Translations under genes and position numbers: made by a program
In this document: piece by piece, positions 36,931 to 49,240 of the stretch
How the letters are laid out: every line of letters begins with the position of its first letter
Numbering within the stretch: position 1 is the stretch's first letter
Notes under the pieces: generated by a model
Seen by the model: the letters and a program-made list of their open reading frames with translations, nothing else
Told to the model about the DNA's origin: nothing
Databases searched by the model: none
Assembly: GCA_051530055.1 (NCBI GenBank)
Contig: CM121342.1
Span: 6,447,489 to 6,511,488 of the forward strand
Direction of reading: 5' to 3'
DNA length: 64,000 nucleotides
Source: Neoechinorhynchus agilis
Taxonomy: Eukaryota > Animalia > Acanthocephala

Positions 36931-38910
36931 ATGAACTTCAACGCTCTCTTTTTTGCTTCCGCTTTAATCGCCATTGCATCCTGCTACGGAGACTGCTGTT
37001 CTCCAGCAGAATGTAGACAAAAACCAATCTGCGCTGATGAACCAGCTAAAAACATCATCGGAACAATAAACGTTGTAGTCAAATTAAAACCAAACCGTCC
37101 CGAAATGGCAGCTTGTAAACCGGAACCTGCCCATAGAATGAAAGCGCAAAATGCACCAGTCTGCGAACCAGCACAATTCGACGAATCGGAGCCAGTTTAT
37201 AAAAGATGTTCTCAAAGGACATCAAGGTTTAGGCAGCAGCCAGCCTACGAACCGGATCCAGTATACGATCGGGAGGAAATCTGCGAACCAGCAAAATTCG
37301 ACGAATCGGAGCCAGTTTATAAAAGATGTTCTCAAAGGACATCAAGGTTTAGGCAGCAGCCAGCCTACGAACCGGATCCAGTATATGATCGGGAGGAAAT
37401 CTGCGAACCAGCAAAATTCGACGAATCGGAGCCAGTGTACGATACGGAGGAAGTCTGCGAACCAGCGCAATTTGACGAACCGGATCCAGTATACGATCCG
37501 GAGGAAGTCTACGAACCGGAGCAAATATACGATCCCGAGGACGCCTGCGAACCAGCACAATTCGACGAACCGGAGCCAGTTTATAAAAGATGTTCTCAAA
37601 GGACATCAAGGTTTAGGCAGCAGCCAGCCTACGAACCGGATCCAGTATACGATCGGGAGGAAATCTGCGAACCAGCAAAATTCGACGAATCGGAGCCAGT
37701 TTATAAAAGATGTTCTCAAAGGACATCAAGGTTTAGGCAGCAGCCAGCCTACGAACCGGATCCAGTATATGATCGGGAGGAAATCTGCGAACCAGCAAAA
37801 TTCGACGAATCGGAGCCAGTTTATAAAAGATGTTCTCAAAGGACATCAAGGTTTAGGCAGCAGCCAGCCTACGAACCGGATCCAGTATATGATCGGGAGG
37901 AAATCTGCGAACCAGCAAAATTCGACGAATCGGAGCCAGTGTACGATACGGAGGAAGTCTGCGAACCAGCGCAATTTGACGAACCGGATCCAGTATACGA
38001 TCCGGAGGAAGTCTACGAACCGGAGCAAATATACGATCCCGAGGACGCCTGCGAACCAGCACAATTCGACGAACCGGAGCCAGTTTATAAAAGATGTTCT
38101 CAAAGGACATCAAGATTTAGGCAGCAGCCAGCCTACGAACCGGATCCAGTATATGATCGGGAGGAAATCTGCGAACCAGCAAAATTCGACGAATCGGAGC
38201 CAGTGTACGATACGGAGGAAGTCTGCGAACCAGCGCAATTTGACGAACCGGATCCAGTATACGATCCGGAGGAAGTCTACGAACCGGCACAATTTGACGA
38301 ACCGGAGCAAATATACGATCCCGAGGACGCCTGCGAACCAGCACAATTCGACGAATCGGAGCAAGTTTGTCAAAGTTGTTCTCAAAGGACTTCAGCATTC
38401 AGTATGAAGTCAGTTTGTGAACCGAAGGAAGTCTGCGAATCGGAACCAGTTTATAAAAGATATTCTCAAAGGACATCAGGGTTTAGGCAGCAGCCAGTTT
38501 TTCAACCGGAATCAGTTTGTGAGCCAGCACAATTCTATGAACAGAAGTCAGTTTGTGAACCGGAACCAGTTTGCGAACAAGAACAATTCTATGAACCGCA
38601 GGAAGTTTGTGAACCGGAGTCAGTTCGTGAGCCATCGGTGAAAAGCTCGTCCTCGGCGCCAGCCGTTGCGATTCCAGCGATTCGAATAACATTCATCCAA
38701 CCAAAATCGGAGATCGTGCAAAGTTCAATCCAGGAAAGTCGCGAGGACACTGTACGGAAACCGATTTGTCAGGAAAGAAGTTCCAAAATCTGTTCAAGCG
38801 GCCAAAAGCAGGGGAACGTCATTCGTAAACCAATTTCGGCTCCCTTACGTTCTTGTTACAAGAACGCTGCTGAAAACGTTTGCAATAAGTGCAACGCTTG
38901 CCGTTGTTGA
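36931..38910 (+). CDS. Secreted Cys/Tyr/Asp/Glu-rich hexapeptide-repeat protein, paralogue 3 (659 aa)
   Basis: Intact ORF with the same signal peptide and the same C-terminal ~90 aa as paralogues 1 and 2. It has an expanded central array of 40-aa (A) and 48-aa (B) modules. Confidence 0.88.
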   Translation: MNFNALFFASALIAIASCYGDCCSPAECRQKPICADEPAKNIIGTINVVVKLKPNRPEMAACKPEPAHRMKAQNAPVCEPAQFDESEPVYKRCSQRTSRFRQQPAYEPDPVYDREEICEPAKFDESEPVYKRCSQRTSRFRQQPAYEPDPVYDREEICEPAKFDESEPVYDTEEVCEPAQFDEPDPVYDPEEVYEPEQIYDPEDACEPAQFDEPEPVYKRCSQRTSRFRQQPAYEPDPVYDREEICEPAKFDESEPVYKRCSQRTSRFRQQPAYEPDPVYDREEICEPAKFDESEPVYKRCSQRTSRFRQQPAYEPDPVYDREEICEPAKFDESEPVYDTEEVCEPAQFDEPDPVYDPEEVYEPEQIYDPEDACEPAQFDEPEPVYKRCSQRTSRFRQQPAYEPDPVYDREEICEPAKFDESEPVYDTEEVCEPAQFDEPDPVYDPEEVYEPAQFDEPEQIYDPEDACEPAQFDESEQVCQSCSQRTSAFSMKSVCEPKEVCESEPVYKRYSQRTSGFRQQPVFQPESVCEPAQFYEQKSVCEPEPVCEQEQFYEPQEVCEPESVREPSVKSSSSAPAVAIPAIRITFIQPKSEIVQSSIQESREDTVRKPICQERSSKICSSGQKQGNVIRKPISAPLRSCYKNAAENVCNKCNACRC

Positions 38911-39261
38911 TCTTAGAATTTTAGACTTAATAAAACTTAGTTGGCAAGTCGTGAATGTCGGGTACGCAAGTAAAATGCTATTTTTGATCTGTTTCTTTTT
39001 ATCACAAATTTGATCGGCGTTCATTTTTTCCTTTGCTATTAATTTTCATTTTTGCAAATTTAAGCGATATGTAACTTTTAGTTTTAGATTATTTAATAAC
39101 AGATTTCTGCCTAAAAATATTTTTAAGGGTCGATATGTGATGACTTCACCCGGTAAAGAATATTTTAAAGGCGTTTCGAATACCGTCGTGTTCATAATCA
39201 CTTAAACGTCTATATTAACAAGGTTTTTTACCGGTTGAAGACTTCTAAATGACACCTTGGC

Positions 39262-40050
39262 TAAAATAAGTGATTTTTAAAAACGACAAAAATTCATACA
39301 CTATTTTTAAATTTCTTTAATACTTACGTTCAACGAGGGCTAAAAATTAAAAGCAAACATTAATTTCTTTAATATCTACGTTCAACAAGGGCCACAAATA
39401 AAAGGCGAATATTTTTTATTTTTAAAAGCTCCGCATTATTTCTATTGGTAGAAATGACATTTTTCTAAAGGTCTTAAATTCTAGCAAAAAATCAAAGCTG
39501 CTCGTTTGGGTTAAATAAGTGATTTTTAAAAACGACAAAAATTCATACACTATTTTTAAATTTCTTTAATACCTACGTTCAACGAGGGCTAAAAATTAAA
39601 AGCAAACATTAATTTCTTTAATATCTACGTTCAACAAGGGCCAAAATAAAAGGCGAACTTTTTTATTTTTAAAAGCTCCGCATTATTTCTATTGGTAGAA
39701 ATGACATTTTTCTAAAGGTCTTAAATTCTAGCAAAAAATCAAAGCTGCTCGTTTGGGTTAAATAAGTGATTTTTAAAAACGACAAAAATTCATACACTAC
39801 TTTTAAATTTCTTTATACTACGTTCAACGAGGGCTAAAAATTAAAAGCAAACATTAATTTCTTTTAAAAGCTCCGCATTATTTCTATTGGTAGAAATGAC
39901 ATTTTTCTAAAGGTCTTAAATTCTAGCAAAAAATCAAAGCTGCTCGTTAGGGTTAAATAAGTGATTTTTAAAAACGACAAAAATTCATACACTACTTTTA
40001 AATTTCTTTAATACCTACGTTCAACGAGGGCTAAAAATTAAAAGCAAACA
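39262..40050 (+). repeat. Tandem array, ~247-bp unit, ~3 copies, preceded by a hairpin (~39135-39260)
   Basis: AAATAAGTGATTTTTAAAAACGAC at ~39265, 39513, 39760 and 39955. Upstream, CTTCACCCGGTAAA pairs with TTTACCGGTTGAAG. Confidence 0.9.
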
Positions 40051-40174
40051 TGTTTTCATTTTTAGAAAAGACCGATCTGCATGAGTTTTTCTAAACAAAA
40101 AATCTTCCAATTAAAAATTTTATTCGATTTACAAAGATATAATAAAGCACAAAACGTGTAATCATCACCGTCCG

Positions 40175-40297
40175 CAAAATTGGAGCTTCTCTCCTTCCTC
40201 GGGCCTCGTTGTACTGCCAGCGAGATATTTTGTCGAAGGAATACACCTGCTCGTGCGTCGCCGGTCGTTTCTCTCCATTTCTTCGAGAGATCTTGGA
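40175..40297 (-). mobile_element. Short CRE-like 3'-terminal fragment
   Basis: Encodes SKKWRETTGDARAGVFLRQNISLAVQRG and is homologous to 21600-21710. Confidence 0.8.
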
Positions 40298-43200
40298 GCA
40301 GTGAACGATTTTTTAAACAGACTTTGAGAAACATCAATGGTCGGGATAATTCGAAGCTTGCATTTTTGTTTGCAAAGCAAGGCATTTGTTTGACTGCAAA
40401 TCAATGTATGACGTAGTGATTGGTCGAATTTTAAACACGGAAGAATTCTAGCTTACGATTATGGTCATTATCGGATTTGATGATGTTTGTGTCAAAAATG
40501 ATCCGTGACTTGACAGAAGCGTTATCGTCGCTTTCGAGTGACCTTAACAAATGCTTGGACCACGTTCAACATTGGGTATGAAAGCTATTTTTTTAATAAA
40601 ATTTTAAAAATTCCACTAGTACAATGAGGAGTCTAACCAAGTTCCTGCATCAGCTTTAAATTGCCTCGTTAAATTAATCTATAGCCTTGGAAAACAGTTT
40701 GCGAGTCGATCGATTAACTCGGACGATTATTTGATTGGTTCAAAGGTAACAAAAAAAGATTTTTTTATGTAAAAAAACCCTTCAATAGATTTGCCTGATT
40801 GCTTTGAAGCTGTTAAATCGAGTCGATCACAAAATATGGCTTCCTCAAATTCAATCAAGTTGTTGCGTCGTTGCCTGTGAATGCCTCCGATCTGCCCGTC
40901 CAAAAAACTCACTGAAAATAATCTCAAATTTATTTAAACACCACATCCTCTCAAATTCTTTATGTGAGACTTGCATTGCTTATCTTGCAAACTACCATAA
41001 AGACATTAACGAACAATATTCATTCGACTTTATCCAAGCTTATATCCTTTGTTGGACTTTTCAATCAGAAATGCAAATAAACTTTCTACAACTAAATAAT
41101 GTATTTAATTCGAATAATAATTGGTCAATGGACGTTGTCGTCGGTGCTAAGAAAGCGCTTAGTCGAATTCCAGTCGGTTTAAAAAGACTCGCTTGTCTGA
41201 GAATTCTCACGATGGCTGATTGTGAATTTTGGACTAATAACCATTTTGTCGACGATGATAAACTATTTAACGATGCTGTTTCAAATAAGAGTGATTTAAA
41301 AGTCCTTGTTAATCATTTCAATGAGGATGAAAATTATGCGGATTTACAGCCAGAAGTATATGGATTTTTTTCCAAACATATGAAGAGCTCAAGACGAACA
41401 ATCATTTTCTTTTTGTTCACAAATTCCTCCTTTTCTTTTACAATTCCGCAACTATGATTGTTCGGCAGCTTCCTTGATGACCGCTGATTCGCTGCATCAG
41501 GTAGCTGCTGGAGGTTATATTTTGCAATAATTTTGTTTCAAATAAGAGTGATTTAAAAGTCCTTGTTAATCATTTCAATGAGGATGAAAATTATGCGGAT
41601 TTACAGCCAGAAGTATATGGATTTTTTCCAAACATATGAAGAGCTCAAGACGAACAATCATTTTCTTTTTGTTCAAATTCCTCCTTTTCTTTTACAATTC
41701 CGCAACTATGATTGTTCGGCAGCTTCCTTGATGACCGCTGATTGCTGCATCAGGTAGCTGCTGGAGGTTATATTTTGCAATAATTTTGTTTCAAATAAGA
41801 GTGATTTAAAAGTCCTTGTTAATCATTTCAATGAGGATGAAAATTATGCGGATTTACAGCCAGAAGTATATGGATTTTTTTCCAAACATATGAAGAGCTC
41901 AAGACGAACAATCATTTTCTTTTTGTTCACAAATTCTGATTCGCTGCATCAGGTAGCTGTGGGGTTTTTTTTTTTTGTTTCAAATAAGAGATTTAAAAGT
42001 CCTGTTAATCATTTATGAGGATGAAATTATGCGGTTACAGCAGAAGTATATGGATTTTTCCAAACATATGAAGAGCTCAAGACGAACAATCTTTTTTTTG
42101 TTGTTGGGTTTTGTGTGATTGCGCTGGCTGCTGGATTATTTTGCATAATTTTGTTTCAAATAGAGTATTTAAAAGTCCTGTTAATCATTTCAATGAGGAT
42201 GAATTATGGATTTACAGCCAGAAGTATATGGATTTTTTCCAAACATATGAAGAGCTCAAGACGAACAATCATTTTCTTTTGTTCACAAATTCCTCCTTTT
42301 CTTTTACAATTCCGCAACTATGATGTTCGGCAGCTTCCTTGATGACCGCTGATTCGCTGCATCAGGTAGCTGCTGGAGGTTATATTTTGCAATAATTTTG
42401 TTTCAAATAAGAGTGATTTAAAAGTCCTTGTTAATCATTTCAATGAGGATGAAAATTATGCGGATTTACAGCCAGAAGTATATGGATTTTTTTCCAAACA
42501 TATGAAGAGCTCAAGACGAACAATCATTTTCTTTTTGTTCACAAATTCCTCCTTTTCTTTTACAATTCCGCAACTATGATTGTTCGGCAGCTTCCTTGAT
42601 GACCGCTGATTCGCTGCATCAGGTAGCTGCTGGAGGTTATATTTTGCAATAATTTTGACTTGTGGTTTCCTCTCTTTCGAAATATTTCGCGAACAATGGA
42701 TTTTCTCTCGATATGATTTTGCAATAAATTCGCATTTTGGACTTTTTTGTTGTTGCTGTAATGATCCTAAACACAATCCTTCTACTTCTGCAATAATCAA
42801 ACAAGCCATTCTTCAATGGATCATAAATAACCCACAAAAATACTTTGGGCGAATTAAATTTAATAAGTCAATAGTGTCTCTGCTGAAAAGGATCCAGCCA
42901 AAGAAACAACCTGGTCTTTTCTTCAACGCCCTTATTTTATATATCAGAAACGAGCCATGGCTTACAGGAGACTTTGGCAATACTGAATTTATTCGGGAAC
43001 TTGCCCACACTTATAATTCAATTGCAAAATTGTTTTTAATAGCGACTTCAGACAAAATTCGAATGGCAGGAGTATCTACAATTGGTATGCATTGTAAACA
43101 TGTAACTTTGCAATTAACGGTTCTTTTAGCTTTTTTGGATAGCTCCGTTGAGAGGAAGTTGATTGGTGAGAATGAAAGTAATGAATCCGTTATTGAATTT

Positions 43201-46200
43201 TTATCTACTACGCTTGAAAATGCTTGCCTTCCACATTCGAAGGAGTGGTGCGATGTAAGTAATAAAAAGCTTTTTGAAACTTTAATTACAAATTAATCTT
43301 TAGCATTTTTCAATGAAATTCGACCATTTTCTCAAATATTGTGTGCTTCGAAACCGGTTTGATCTTGTGAAGAAAACAGCGTTCTTTTTTGGGCAGGAAT
43401 GTTGCTTCGAACGCCGGTTGAAAGCAATTGTAAAATTAAAGAAATTTGCAATTGAAAAGAAAAGTGAAAATGAACCTTGGGAATCGAGGTATTGTTTTAC
43501 AGTTTGTCTCCAAAAGCGAATGGTTTCGACTTTGACGTTATCTTTAGATTTTAGTACTAAAATTAAAGTAGTCTATATATTTATTCGAAATTCTAATTTG
43601 ATAAGAGGACAATTTAATTTTAATCCTATTCGCTACTTAGTAATTTTTGCGGCGAATGAGAGTCGTGTCACATTTGATCAGATATTTTCGACTGAATTTG
43701 ACTGGGTTGCGAAAATTAACTAAAATTTTAACGGCCGGTTTTCGAATGCAACACAATCTTTTTTCTTCCAATTTAGAATTCTATTTGGTTCGATGACCAA
43801 CAATCTTGTCCATCTCGAGGAAGAAATAATTGAATACCGGGAAAATCTGTGAGTATTTTTATTATCTCTATTCATTATCGTATTGTGAGTAGGCCGTTAT
43901 TCTCAAACGAGTTGTCATTGGCATGCAAAGAATATTCATACAAATCCTCGATTGGAAAAGCGTTGCATACTATCTATTCATCCGGATTAAGATTCTCGCC
44001 CATTCATTCTGCCACAGTATCGTCCTTTTGTCATCAAATTATTGAACAATTGCAAAATATAGTAAATGATTTTGAAGAGCCAGAATTGAGTTTCGTTCAA
44101 GGACATTTAATGTCGATAAAATACTTAAAAGCCATGGATGACGCATTGAAGTGCGAGAAACTGTACCATTGTCTAGAACTTGACAATTCCCTAAAATTGT
44201 CCGTATCTGGTCAACTTTGTGAAGGATGCTTTGATGCTGCTGAAATTGTTCAAGAGCTGATTGAAACATTTCTTCTCATCGGCGATATATTTTTTGTAGG
44301 ATTAATTTTCTTTAACGTTGAAAATCTATAAAAGTTCCGATGGGACTTAGAAACGTCTTTATCTTCTATTGCCTTGAATATATGGCGTTTGCAATTTATT
44401 GTTATTATAAATCTTCCGATTGCAGTTTTTATTCACTTAAAGACACGATCTTTCAATTCCTAATTTAGCTGTGAACGTTTTATTCTGTCATCTCATCAAT
44501 TTCCACCGATCTTTACGTTTTATGGTGAATATTTTAAATGATTTGAGTAGGTTCTACCGTTGCTTGTTTTGGATCGTTCAAGTCTTCTCCACTCTTAAAG
44601 TACCTAAGATCTTAGTATTCATCATGATAAAGTTAATTCCTTTGAGCTTTGACGAGATGAAATGCATTAATAGTCACAAACAAATGCTAAATTTCGTACA
44701 GTCATCTATTGAATGTTTTGAGAAAGGTGCTTATGAGTGCGATGATCAGTCTAAAAGATTATTCGATTGTTCTTATATGCTGGATCGCCTTTACGAATCA
44801 AAAATGTTTATCCTTAAAGACACTAAAATTCCAAAATATCTTTCGACGTCCACTAGATTACTTCTCAGTCAGATTAATCACTCAAGCACAATCGAGCACG
44901 GAGACGGCGATGAATATTTTAAATGGCTCAAAAAGTTTATAAACTTGAGACATGATCTTCGGACGGGCAAAACGCAATCAGTGATTGATGAATTAGATGA
45001 ATTTCAGAAGTATATAAAATCTCAACAAATACTCCGATCATTTCAATGTTCAGTCCTCAATTGTTTTCATCTTTTTCTAAGATGGCGATGTAGTCTTAGT
45101 GCCTCGTTCAATGGCGAAATGATAAAACCTCATCCAGGAACCTATCTCGACTTTAGTAGATGTCTTGGTAAACAATTAGTGGAAAGGAAGTTTGAATCAG
45201 TGAGTATAATGAACACAGTGATTTTAAAGGCGATCTATGAGTTATCGGAAATGTTTCTAAGATGTCTTGTACTTCGATATGGAAAGTTTTATTTAAATGA
45301 AGGCCTAAAGATCGCTAAAATGACGTGCGCATTTGAATGGTACATTCGGTTTCTTTGGTTATCAGCACGTTTTCAAATTATTGGCAATTGCGAGGAATAT
45401 GTTAAAACTCTTGAACTTACTGCGAATCTATGTCGATTAAGAAAAGGATCTTTATCGAAATATTTTATTTATTTGAGGGAAATCGTGGTTGCCATAATTA
45501 ATGGAAGTGAAATTGTTTTCCCTAAGATCGAAGAATGCGAAGAAGATGAAGACTTGGCATCTTTGTTTGCTGTTGATGTAATCGAATTGATGGACAATGG
45601 AATCCTTCTTAGAAATAATGATTATCGTTTAAGAAATTTCAAAGATTCCTTAATTGAAGCGGGCACTTATTTGCCTTTCTTCAATTGGTCTATTGGAATG
45701 CAAACAAATATACAAAGCGAAATCGACGAATGCACCAAAAGTTTCGCATCGCCAATCAAATTTAAAAGTCTCTTAAATCGATTCATATCATTACCGATCA
45801 AACAACCTACACGGAAAAATATTGACGACAAATCAGTTGAAAAAAATCGTTTGTTGTCGGCGTATCTTTTAGGTCTAGAATTTTCGAATTTTATCTCTGT
45901 CAGAAATTCTTCACGTACACGCTCAAGCACTTGGATATCGACATTTCGCTCAATTCGTCTGTGGAATCCAATCTTCATTGGATCGCTCCGAAAATTACTG
46001 CCATGACTTTGTTACATCACTTGAGAAATCTTTATCTTTTGGACGGAGCGCTTTAGATGAGCTGGATTATTGGATTAAATCTCTAGATGATCATTCGTTA
46101 TTGATTGCCATTAACACTTTTGCTTATAGCGACCATGAAATATGTGTCTATGTTACGCGAGTTTCAAAAAATCAAGCCATCAGTCTTCGACTCAATGTAC

Positions 46201-49064
46201 AAACCAAAACGTTCGATTCATTTGACGAAGTTATTAGAAATCATTGCAAGAATTTGAATGATGGTGGTGAAGTTGGTGAATCAGTGATTGCTACTCCAAG
46301 GCCCCATGTGGATCTTGGGCACCGGAAGCAAATAGACGATCGTCTCCGTAAATATCTTTGCACTATTGATGAAAAGTTCATTTCAATTGTGGCTCCATTG
46401 TTTTTAGTAGACGATGCAGAATGTATGAAGGAGTTTACAACTGATATGAAGAGAAGACGGGTTAGCTTTAGTGAGTATCAGAAGGTTTTGATTGGTTTTT
46501 TGTTGAAGTATTGGAAGGAATATGGAGGAATGGAATTAAGACGTGAAGTAGTTCCTTTTATAGGTATTGAGTTTTTTCTCGTTCTTTGAACGTCAATGGA
46601 AAAATACTTTGCACTTGAATTATAATTTTTTTTGTAATTTCTGTTGTTATCACTTTTATAAATTTGGATTTCTTTTTTTCATTGATAGAAAATCGTTCAG
46701 GTCGCCTCATCAGCATTGTAAAAGTGTTTAATTCACACTTAAACTATTTCTTTTATTGTTTGAATATGAAAATTTTTTATGTTTACTTATTAAAAGTCAT
46801 TGGATTACTTTCAGACAATCTTGATAAAGGCTCTGGATTGAGCCTAGATATCAATTCAATAAATTTACATAATTTTGTCGCCACTACACAACAATTGGAT
46901 TAATTACTTTTACAATGACTGAGAGGTGAAATTACTTCGTATGCCCGAGATTATTTATTCTTTTATCGTTTGAATATTAGAAAAGTTTTATGTTTGTTTA
47001 TTAAAAATCATTGGATTAACCACTTTTACAATGATTGAGAGGTGAAATTACTTCGTATGCCCGAGATTATTTATTCTTTTATCGTTTGAATATTAGAAAA
47101 GTTTTATGTTTGTTTATTAAAAGTCCTTGGATTAACCACTTTTACAATGATTGAGAGGTGAAATTACTTCGTATGCCCGAGATTATTTATTCTTTTATCG
47201 TTTGAATATTAGAAAAGTTTTATGTTTGTTTATTAAAAATCCTTGGATTAACCACTTTTACAATGATTGAGAGGTGAAATTACTTCGTATGCCCGAGATT
47301 ATTTATTCTTTTATCGTTTGAATATTAGAAAAGTTTTATGTTTGTTTATTAAAAATCCTTGGATTAACCACTTTTACAATGATTGAGGTGAAATTACTTC
47401 GTATGCCCGAGATTATTTATTCTTTTATCGTTTGAATATTAGAAAAGTTTTATGTTTGTTTATTAAAAATCCTTGGATTAACCACTTTTACAATGATTGA
47501 GAGGTGAAATTACTTCGTATGCCCGAGATTATTTATTCTTTTATCGTTTGAATATTAGAAAAGTTTTATGTTTGTTTATTAAAAGTCCTTGGATTAACCA
47601 CTTTTACAATGATTGAGAGGTGAAATTACTTCGTATGCCCGAGATTATTTATTCTTTTATCGTTTGAATATTAGAAAAGTTTTATGTTTGTTTATTAAAA
47701 ATCATTGGATTAACCACTTTTACAATGATTGAGAGGTGAAATTACTTCGTATGCCCGAGATTATTTATTCTTTTATCGTTTGAATATTAGAAAAGTTTTG
47801 TTTTGTTTATGGTGGAAAATTTAAAAGAATTTTATTAATCCACAAGTGCCGAAATATAGAACTTGATAAAATTCCTCCATTTAATTTTATCCATATTTCG
47901 TTTAGTAAGAAAAAACATTGTCCATTTAGAGTTAACTTGCGTTCTATTTCCACACGCGCATTGAAATAAAGATAATCGGCAATACTGTACACTGAAACTG
48001 TGGGGATGTTGGCTCAAACATCATAAATTTCTCGAAAATGTAATAAAAAAAGGTGATTTTAGATTTCGTCGTTCATACCGTTTCGTAGAAGTTTGCTAAA
48101 ATGTGTAAAATGATTGTGTTAGATTTTTAAGTTTTTAAAGCGTTTTTAAAAAGGTACTATTGTCTCCTTAGATTCAATGCGGACATTTCTAAATTCCATT
48201 GGTCATCATGAGAATCAAACGGATCGCGGCTGGTCATCTATATGCGAAAAAGTGATCGCTTACTTTTCTGGATTAGATAAATCAACAAAATCTCACGACG
48301 AGAACACAATATATTTACTGATTGACTCGCGGCTATCTCGGATTCCGTTTGAGTCATGCCGGATTCTCTCAGAAGCTATGCGATCGAATCAAATTTTCAT
48401 TACTCGGATGCACTCGCTTGCGTTTTTGAACGCTTATCTGAAAGCTCAAAAATTCGTAGTTCAATCGCCCGTGATCGAGAGCGGAGTTGATTGTGACAAT
48501 GGTGGATATTTGATCGACGTTATTGTTGAAGACCGTAAAGCGGTGCTAATGAAGTTTTTTGAACAAAAACTTAACTGGTTCGGTTGTGTTGCGAGAGAAG
48601 AAGACTGCGAAGGCGAGCTCAGGTACCATCGATCGTATGCTGACATGCTCATTAGTAAAGACGTCGTTGTTTACGCCGGACATGGATGTGGTGCTCATTA
48701 TATGAGTTTTGATATGCTTCGACGACTTCTGATTCGATCTGGAGTTCTTCTGATGGGTTGTTCGAGTGTTGAGCACAAATATACCGGGATTTTCGAGGGA
48801 TACGGCGCTCCTTGTGCTTATTTGTTAAGTGGATGTCCATTCGTGATTGGAACTCTTTGGGATGTTACCGATGTCGATACTGATCGATTCACTGCTTGTG
48901 TATTGGATAAATGGGCTAAGATTGCCGCTAACATTGACTATTGTAGAAGTGTCGGATCAATGATGGTCACTGCTAAAAAGAAATGCGTTCTAAAGTACGC
49001 AAACGGTGCAGCTTTTGTCACCTATGGACTCCCGGTACGTTTAAAACGAAGAAACAATCTCTAA
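40298..49064 (+). CDS. ESP1: Separase (peptidase C50), multi-exon, 5' start uncertain
   Basis: The final exon 48177-49064 has LSRIPFES, ITRMHSL, VYAGHG (catalytic His), LLMGCSS (catalytic Cys) and GCPFVIGTLWDVTDVDTDRF. The pseudo-protease-like RKQIDDRLRKYL is at 45978-46589. Upstream exons are joined by tiny GT-AG introns (e.g. 40577-40619, 40747-40788). Assigning the 40.3-46 kb exons to this gene is inference. Confidence 0.85.
41278..42657 (+). repeat. Tandem array, ~257-bp unit, ~5.4 copies, inside the separase locus
   Basis: TCAAATAAGAGTGATTTAAAAGTCC at 41281, 41538, ... 42403. The middle copies are noisy. Confidence 0.93.
46905..47810 (+). repeat. Tandem array, ~116-bp unit, ~8 copies, in a separase intron
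   Basis: GGTGAAATTACTTCGTATGCCCGAG at 47041, 47157 and onward. Confidence 0.95.
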
Positions 49065-49240
49065 AAGTAACACGAAATTCTTTATATAACGATGTAAAAC
49101 AATGTGTTCTTCTTTTTCAAAAGGGAAGATAGGATTTTTTATAAGCCTTTTGGTTTGATAAACGTAAATTTATTGACCGAACACTAACATTCATAAAATG
49201 AGGTTTGAATCTAGCCTCATATGTGTATCGATTTTCTTGT

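Noticed and set aside
37151-38641. Long alternative-frame ORFs (418 aa NSTNRSQF repeats; also 20121-20483 and 27044-27514, and antisense ORFs)
   Set aside because: These are shadows of the 18-bp periodic coding repeat. They have no signal peptide or independent promoter.
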